In this document: positions 56,422 through 64,000 of the stretch, piece after piece
Numbering within the stretch: the stretch's first letter is position 1
Layout: every line of letters begins with the position of its first letter
NCBI GenBank assembly: GCA_903819975.1
Contig: CAIJFI010000013.1
Location: 1,025 to 65,024 of the forward strand
DNA: 64,000 bases
Source of the DNA: an uncultured Bacteroidota bacterium
GTDB lineage: Bacteria; Bacteroidota; Bacteroidia; Chitinophagales; Chitinophagaceae
Direction: 5' to 3'
Position numbers and translations under genes: made by a program
The notes under the pieces: generated by a model
Databases searched by the model: none
Told to the model about the DNA's origin: nothing
Seen by the model: only the letters and a program-made list of their open reading frames with translations

Positions 56422-57012
56422 ATGTTACGCAAAAATTTAGGTTTATTCATTTTTTTAGGAGTTATCGTAATCTTATTCGGAATGGGATGTAATGGTTACA
56501 ACGGTCTAGTATCCCAAGATGAAACAGTAAATCAAATGTGGAATAATGTTCAAAGTGACTATCAACGTCGTGCAGATTTAATCCCTAATTTGGTTGCATC
56601 TGTAAAAGGTGAAGCGAATTTTGAAAAATCAACTTTAGAAAGTGTTATAACTGCTCGTGCGAGTGCAACACAAATGAAAGTTGATGCTAAGGATTTGACT
56701 CCAGAAAAACTACAACAGTTCCAAGCAAATCAAGGTCAGTTGTCTCAAGCATTAGGTCGTTTAATGGTAGTGTCTGAAAACTATCCTAACCTTAAAGCGA
56801 ATGAAGCTTTCCGTGGATTGCAAGCGCAATTAGAAGGAACAGAAAATAGAATTAAAGTTTCAAGAAACGATTTTAACGGCGCTGTTGCTGATTATAATAA
56901 AAGAGCTAGATCTTTCCCTTTAAACTTAGTTGCTAATATGTTTGGCTTTAAAACTAAAGAAGGATTCAAAGCTGAAGAAAGTGCAAGTAAGGCACCAGAA
57001 GTGAAATTTTAA
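56422..57012 (+). CDS. lemA: LemA family protein
   Basis: YQRRADLIPNLV, ENYPNLKAN, LEGTENRI. ATG 56422 preferred. Confidence 0.95.
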   Translation: MLRKNLGLFIFLGVIVILFGMGCNGYNGLVSQDETVNQMWNNVQSDYQRRADLIPNLVASVKGEANFEKSTLESVITARASATQMKVDAKDLTPEKLQQFQANQGQLSQALGRLMVVSENYPNLKANEAFRGLQAQLEGTENRIKVSRNDFNGAVADYNKRARSFPLNLVANMFGFKTKEGFKAEESASKAPEVKF

Positions 57013-57039
57013 TAACTGCGAAATATAACCAATCCTATT

Positions 57040-57501
57040 ATGTGGAATCCCTTCAAACGAAGTGCTGATACCTTATTGACTGCCTCCGACAAGCAAATGC
57101 TTGTGGAGGCTATTCAATTAGCTGAAAAAAACACTAGCGGTGAAATACGAGTGTATGTTGAATCTAAATTAGGTAAAGGCGATGCTTTGTCTAGGGCTAC
57201 CGAAATATTTTTTAAGCATAAAATGAATGAAACAAAACAACGAAATGCTGTTTTGATTTATGTCGCTGTTAATGATAAGAAATTAGCAATTTATGCTGAT
57301 CAAGGTATTTATGAAAAAATGGGAATTGAATTTTGGTATAGTCAAGTTCAAGAAATGACGGGGCATTTTAAAGCCATGAATTATGTGAATGGAATCACTG
57401 CAGTTATAGGTGAAGTGGGCCAAGCATTAAGCGCTCATTTTCCATATGACAGAGTTACGGACACGAATGAATTATCTGACGAAATTATGATCGGAAAATA
57501 G
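57040..57501 (+). CDS. TPM domain protein
   Basis: AEKNTSGEIRV; RNAVLIYVA…LAIYADQGI. Confidence 0.9.
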   Translation: MWNPFKRSADTLLTASDKQMLVEAIQLAEKNTSGEIRVYVESKLGKGDALSRATEIFFKHKMNETKQRNAVLIYVAVNDKKLAIYADQGIYEKMGIEFWYSQVQEMTGHFKAMNYVNGITAVIGEVGQALSAHFPYDRVTDTNELSDEIMIGK

Positions 57502-57507
57502 TCACCA

Positions 57508-58287
57508 ATGAAAGCATTAAAACTTCTTTTATTTATAGTATTAGGCGCATTCATTGGTCTAAACGATTTGCAAGCGCAAAATGTGTTAGCTAAACCTAAT
57601 CCGCCTGCACTTGTTAATGATATAGCTGGTATTTTAAGTCCTGCCGAAAAAGCAGCATTAGAAAGCAAATTGGTTGCTATCGACGATAGTAGTTCAAATC
57701 AAATTGCCGTTGTTATTATTCCAACCCTTGACGGATATCCTATTGAGGAATATGCTACAAAACTTTTTAGGGAATGGGGGATTGGCAATAAGAAGACCAA
57801 CAATGGTATTTTACTTTTGATTGCATCAAATGACAAAAAAGTTAGGATTGAAGTTGGATATGGTTTAGAGGGTGCAATTCCTGATATTACAGCAATCAAT
57901 ATTATTGACAACGACATTAAGCCTGCATTTAGAGCAAGCGCTTATTTTGAAGGGATTGATAAAGCAACAGATGATATTGCAAAAGCTGCTGTTGGTGAAT
58001 ACAAAACTGCTAGACCTAAGAGAACAAAAGACACAGGAGGTGGCGTAGTTGTATTCATTGTTATTGCAATTATTATAGTATCCATTGTAGGTCGTCGTGG
58101 CGGCAATGGGGGCTCTAATATTGGTGGCGGAGGATTTAGTGATTTAGCTACTGGTATGTTATTAGGTTCCTTATTAAATGGCGGCGGAGGTGGCCGCGGT
58201 GGAGATGGAGGAGGTTTTGGTGGTGGTAGCTTTGGCGGGTTTGGTGGCGGAAGCTCTGGCGGTGGTGGTGCTAGCGGTGGCTGGTAA
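57508..58287 (+). CDS. TPM domain protein with TM segment and Gly-rich tail
   Basis: VNDIAGIL, WGIG…NNGILLL, IEVGYGLEG, GGSSGGGGASGGW. Confidence 0.93.
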   Translation: MKALKLLLFIVLGAFIGLNDLQAQNVLAKPNPPALVNDIAGILSPAEKAALESKLVAIDDSSSNQIAVVIIPTLDGYPIEEYATKLFREWGIGNKKTNNGILLLIASNDKKVRIEVGYGLEGAIPDITAINIIDNDIKPAFRASAYFEGIDKATDDIAKAAVGEYKTARPKRTKDTGGGVVVFIVIAIIIVSIVGRRGGNGGSNIGGGGFSDLATGMLLGSLLNGGGGGRGGDGGGFGGGSFGGFGGGSSGGGGASGGW

Positions 58288-58320
58288 AAGAATTTACAAT
58301 TAGATACTAAATGATATTAA

Positions 58321-58353
58321 AAAAGGAGCCCTCAATTGTAGGGCTCCTTTTTT
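58321..58353. terminator. Bidirectional terminator
   Basis: aaaaggagccct-caattgt-agggctcctttttt. Confidence 0.85.
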
Positions 58354-58393
58354 AAATTAATGTAATTGAGTTGAATACATTCCTAAAATAATA

Positions 58394-60916
58394 TTACATT
58401 TTAGGCAGCGCTGCGCCCACTATCTTTACTAGATTATCTTCACCTTTATTTTTCTTTGCTTTCAAAATGGCTCCCAATACTTTCACATTAAAATAGGCGT
58501 CTGTTTGTGATCTATAGGCTTCAGGAATTGCGTCTCTAAATGCAACAATTAATTCTATTCCTTTTTTAAACTTTGATTCTTCGGTTGTTTTTATAAGTAA
58601 CTCAGCAAAAGGCAAGGTCATATAAAATTTTTCTTCAGACTGAATTCCTAAGGCTTCATATTTAGCTGCTACAAATTCAAAAACGTTTTCATCACCATAT
58701 TTTGATAGGATAGAAGTTACAGCACTATTTAGTCTTTTCTTAATAACTTTCTTTGAAGCAATAATTGCAATTTTAATTGCTTCTGTAGAATCTACTTTTT
58801 CAAGTGCATCTAAAGCTGCCCCTGCTACTAAATATGATGAATCTTTAGTCCAATTAATGTATTGCGTTTTATAGCTCGTTTTACTTAATGCGCCAATGGC
58901 ATCAATAGCATCCATCCTTACTTGTGTAGATGGATCTTTTTCTGCAATGCCAGCAATAATTGATTCTACCTCGGGAGTCATTGCTGCAGGATTATACGCA
59001 GTAATTGCTTTTTGGCGAATAATATAAAAACTATCTTTTAAAGCAGCCATAACCAACGCTTGCGCTTCTGGCTTTGACATATTTTCAGTGGCTTCGTTTA
59101 TTGCTTCAAAGCGATCCACAAAGTTTGTTGCGTGATGGTATTGATAAACAAACTGCGCTAATGGTTTTACATCTTCCTTAGCCCATAATAATACCTTGTC
59201 ATTATCTACATTTATATTGTCTGGCGCATTTGTTGCAGGAAAGTAAAAACTATCCAATCTTTTTTTACTCCAAACATCGTAATGATTTTTTTTATTAGAT
59301 ACAAATACATCAATGCCAACAGGGATCTCAAACACTTTATTCTGTGTTTGATTTTGTTGAATCACTACAAGCACCTGCTTTTTATCTGCCAAATATTGTT
59401 GTGTAATGCGCACATAGGGGTGACCATTGTCAAAATACCATTGATTAAAAAACCAGTTTAAATCTTTCCCTGTAATAGATTCAAAAGCCAGCTTTAATTT
59501 AATAGCAGATCCGTTGCTAAATTTATTATCAGTTAAATATTTATGTAATGAAGCAAAGAATGCATCATCTCCAACATAATGTCTTAACATATTTAAAATG
59601 CGTCCACCTTTTTGATAACTTACTAAATCAAAAACATCTTCACGATCCTTATAAAAGAAACGCACTAAGTTTTTTTCCGCATCTGCAGGACTTCCTAAAT
59701 AAGAGTTCAGTCCAACATAATTTTCATATTGTCCAGCATCCTTCCCCTTGCTGTGTTCTTGCCATAAGGTTTGACTATAATCCGCAAAGCTTTCGTTGAC
59801 TGTTAAATTGCTCCAGCTTTCTGCGGTAACTAGGTCGCCAAACCATTGATGGAACAATTCATGAGCAATAGTATTTTCCCAATTGTTGCCATCCACTAAC
59901 TCTCTAGCGTTTTGTTGTACTGCATCACCATGCAATGTACATGTTGTATTTTCCATCGCACCAGACACATAATCTCTACCACTTATTTGCGCATATTTAG
60001 CCCATGGGTAAGGGATTCCAAGGATATGCTCGTAAAAACTGATCATTGCAGGCGTTTTGCCATAAATTTGGCGTGCTTCTTTCTCATATGCCTTCTCTAT
60101 ATAATAGTTCACTTCTATTTTCCTTTTTCCATCTGCCGCCTTCTTGTCCTCTGTAAAATAAGCGTCCTTAATAATTGCGTAATCGCCAATGCCAATAAAA
60201 AATAAGTATGGGGAGTGGGGTAGATCCATTTTCCAAACATCTAAACGAGTACCATTTTTATTATCAACCTGCTTTACTAATAAACCGTTAGAAAGTGAAA
60301 CATATTTACTTGGCACGGTCAAATAAAACTCTTGTGTACATTTTTGATTAGGCTTGTCTATAATTGGGATCCAAACACTGGTCCCTTCTGTTTCCCCTTG
60401 TGTCCAAATTTGAGTAGGCTTTGTTGTATCCGTGCCTAAAGGATTAATAAAGTATAAACCCTTAGCATCAGTGATAGCAGTACTTCCCTTTGCTTTATAT
60501 TCAGTAGGTTTAGCTGTATATTTAATATAGACAGTATAATTTTCTTTTGCAGAATATTTTTTATCCAGCATTATATTTAAAAACAATCCATCATACGTAT
60601 ACTTTAATTTTTTGTTTGAATTGTTTGATACTAACTCAATATTATGTATTTCCATCCCCTTTGCATCAAGGGTAAGTGTATTGGTTGCATAAAAGTGTGG
60701 GTGTAATTGCAACCAAACCTCACCATGCATTTGTGATTTAGTATAATCAAAACTAGCGGCTAATTTAGTATGTACAAGGTCGTTTTCTTTTAATGCTACT
60801 GCTCTATAATTTGTTTTCCAGCTTGTGTCATTTGAAAATTCTTCTTCCTGTGCAAATAAGCTTGCAGTCAATGTTAAAAGGCAAATACTTAATAAAGCAA
60901 TCTTCTTCATATTCAT
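58394..60916 (-). CDS. M1 family aminopeptidase with C-terminal HEAT-like repeats
   Basis: GAMEN; HELFHQWFG…NESFA; YQKG. Confidence 0.93.
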   Translation of the reverse strand: MNMKKIALLSICLLTLTASLFAQEEEFSNDTSWKTNYRAVALKENDLVHTKLAASFDYTKSQMHGEVWLQLHPHFYATNTLTLDAKGMEIHNIELVSNNSNKKLKYTYDGLFLNIMLDKKYSAKENYTVYIKYTAKPTEYKAKGSTAITDAKGLYFINPLGTDTTKPTQIWTQGETEGTSVWIPIIDKPNQKCTQEFYLTVPSKYVSLSNGLLVKQVDNKNGTRLDVWKMDLPHSPYLFFIGIGDYAIIKDAYFTEDKKAADGKRKIEVNYYIEKAYEKEARQIYGKTPAMISFYEHILGIPYPWAKYAQISGRDYVSGAMENTTCTLHGDAVQQNARELVDGNNWENTIAHELFHQWFGDLVTAESWSNLTVNESFADYSQTLWQEHSKGKDAGQYENYVGLNSYLGSPADAEKNLVRFFYKDREDVFDLVSYQKGGRILNMLRHYVGDDAFFASLHKYLTDNKFSNGSAIKLKLAFESITGKDLNWFFNQWYFDNGHPYVRITQQYLADKKQVLVVIQQNQTQNKVFEIPVGIDVFVSNKKNHYDVWSKKRLDSFYFPATNAPDNINVDNDKVLLWAKEDVKPLAQFVYQYHHATNFVDRFEAINEATENMSKPEAQALVMAALKDSFYIIRQKAITAYNPAAMTPEVESIIAGIAEKDPSTQVRMDAIDAIGALSKTSYKTQYINWTKDSSYLVAGAALDALEKVDSTEAIKIAIIASKKVIKKRLNSAVTSILSKYGDENVFEFVAAKYEALGIQSEEKFYMTLPFAELLIKTTEESKFKKGIELIVAFRDAIPEAYRSQTDAYFNVKVLGAILKAKKNKGEDNLVKIVGAALPKM

Positions 60917-61025
60917 GTATTTAATATAAACACTAAGTTAAGAAAGCCACGTTTATGAAATAGTTAAAAAGATATCTATTAAAAAAATAAGTAGTTTAGT
61001 GCTTTAATAAACGCTAATAAGTAAG

Positions 61026-61775
61026 ATGGCAAGGTATTTCATTGAGGTATGTTATGATGGTGCAACATTTGGCGGGTTTCAAATCCAACAAAATCAACAA
61101 ACCATACAAGGTGCATTGGAAGAAGCAATGACCATCTTATTTCGTCAATCTATTCCTTTAACAGGGGCTTCCAGAACCGATGCTGGCGTACATGCTATCC
61201 AAAACTTCTTGCACTTTGATACAGATTTGCCTATTAGTTCCAAGCATATCTATAATTTAAATTCAATTCTCCCTAAAACAATTGTAGTAAGTAACATATA
61301 TATAGTACCAAATACGGCACATAGTAGGTTTGATGCAATTAAAAGGTCCTATATATATAAGATACATACTCAAAAATCTCCCTTTTTAGAAGGCAGATCT
61401 TGGTATTATCCTTTCCCAGTAGCCGTTTCAGCGCTTCAAGAGGCTGCAAATGCGCTATTGACCTATACGAATTTTGAAAGCTTCTCTAAGAAAAATACCT
61501 CTGTTAATACGTTTGACTGCACAATAACCAAGGCTCAGTGGATCGAAGAGGGTAGTTTGATTACATTTAATATAGATTCTAATCGTTTTTTAAGAGGAAT
61601 GATCCGAGGTTTAGTAGGAACTATGCTTCAAGTTGGTCGAGGACAGACTAGTTTAGAGGAATTTCATAATATTATACGCTCAAAAAACGAGCAAAATGTA
61701 GATTTTTCAACTCCTGCTCATGGCTTATACCTTTCTGAGATAAAATATCCTGATTATTTTCAAAAAATAGGCTAA
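61026..61775 (+). CDS. truA: tRNA pseudouridine(38-40) synthase
   Basis: GASRTDAGVHA; NRFLRGMIR; GLYL..IKY. Confidence 0.96.
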   Translation: MARYFIEVCYDGATFGGFQIQQNQQTIQGALEEAMTILFRQSIPLTGASRTDAGVHAIQNFLHFDTDLPISSKHIYNLNSILPKTIVVSNIYIVPNTAHSRFDAIKRSYIYKIHTQKSPFLEGRSWYYPFPVAVSALQEAANALLTYTNFESFSKKNTSVNTFDCTITKAQWIEEGSLITFNIDSNRFLRGMIRGLVGTMLQVGRGQTSLEEFHNIIRSKNEQNVDFSTPAHGLYLSEIKYPDYFQKIG

Positions 61776-61868
61776 TACCCAAAGCCTTATCTGTATTGAG
61801 TTTCGTATCATAAAGCACGGATTTTGAGCACTTTGAACGAAAAAATATTGAAAATAGTATACAATATA

Positions 61869-62152
61869 TTTGGCCAGGAATTAAACCTCCTTATCTTTGC
61901 CGCCCGTTAACGATGAAACATGGTTGCGGATTGTTCTCTGAAGCAGTTTTACAGAAAAAAAGTTCGAAAAAATTAAAAATAATTTAATCAAACTTTGGTA
62001 GTTTAAAATACACCCTGTATCTTTGCCGTCCCTCTTCAAAAAAGGGGTTAGTTCTTCGAAATTATTAGGCCTTATTCTTTTAAATCTTTTTTAGTTTTTC
62101 TAAATAAAATTTAAATAAAGTTTGGCTGATAAAAATATTGTTCTTACCTTTG
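61869..62152 (+). promoter_or_regulatory. Three tandem Bacteroidota sigma-ABfr-type promoters upstream of the rRNA operon
   Basis: TTTG-N19/20-TAnnTTTG at 61869/61892, 61994/62018 and 62121/62145; boxA-like gatctttgaaag at 62193. Confidence 0.8.
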
Positions 62153-62325
62153 CACCCCGCTACGATAAATAGCGCGCAAAATAAGCACATAAGATCTTTG
62201 AAAGTTTGGAAATAACAGTAACTGTATAATTGAAAAATACAGGTAAAGGTTAAAGCATCAAAAAAATTAAATCAGACGTCATTTTCGATTAATTTGAGAC
62301 TGATAGTCATGATCAAACAACATTT

Positions 62326-63854
<1,529 letters not shown>

Positions 63855-63985
63855 TAGAGATAGCTTAACCGCTGTTGTTTCCAAATACTTTCAATATTAT
63901 TATTGAGATTGTCTTTATAGGCATGATCAATTCTCAGCAATGAGAAATATTAGTTCTTTAATTAAATTTAAAGTTGGCCCGTTTC

Positions 63986-64000
63986 AGACCCGTAGCTCAG
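63986..64000 (+). tRNA. 5' start of an ITS tRNA (probably tRNA-Ile), cut by the window edge
   Basis: agacccgtagctcag about 130 nt after the 16S; the anticodon is not in the window. Confidence 0.55.

Noticed and set aside
141-60205. Numerous 60-160 aa ORFs antisense to or nested in long genes (e.g. 12710-13192, 28213-28575, 47934-48281, 49011-49388)
   Set aside because: They are shadow frames of well-supported CDSs and have no independent motifs.

Overview
Chromosomal window from an AT-rich Bacteroidota. The 16S sequence and gene content suggest Chitinophagaceae, possibly Sediminibacterium-like; this is an inference and no database search was run. Bases 1-34.7 kb and 53.9-64 kb are mostly core genes: a SusC/SusD/DUF1735 locus, transporters, mdh, lysA, scpB, atpG, secA, deoC, maeB, gap, pgk, a lemA/TPM trio, an M1 aminopeptidase, truA and the start of an rRNA operon. 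The 34.7-53.6 kb interval is accessory and has four parts. (i) A light/stress cluster: SOUL, TIGR03643, AlkB-like, DUF3050, a DUF2256 gene missing from the ORF track, a DTE proteorhodopsin, blh and a GH3. (ii) Toxin-antitoxin-type mini-cassettes bounded by direct repeats (truncated XRE HTH, RhuM-Fic, DUF4160-DUF2442). (iii) A ~5.1-kb integrase-less islet between tRNA-Met-derived 17-bp direct repeats, carrying blaI and an M56-amidase fusion. (iv) A ~3.7-kb large-serine-recombinase element abutting tRNA-Glu, whose recombinase ORF ends inside the antisense of the tRNA. No CRISPR array or IS transposase was seen. Family assignments come from motif recognition by eye, not HMM searches.
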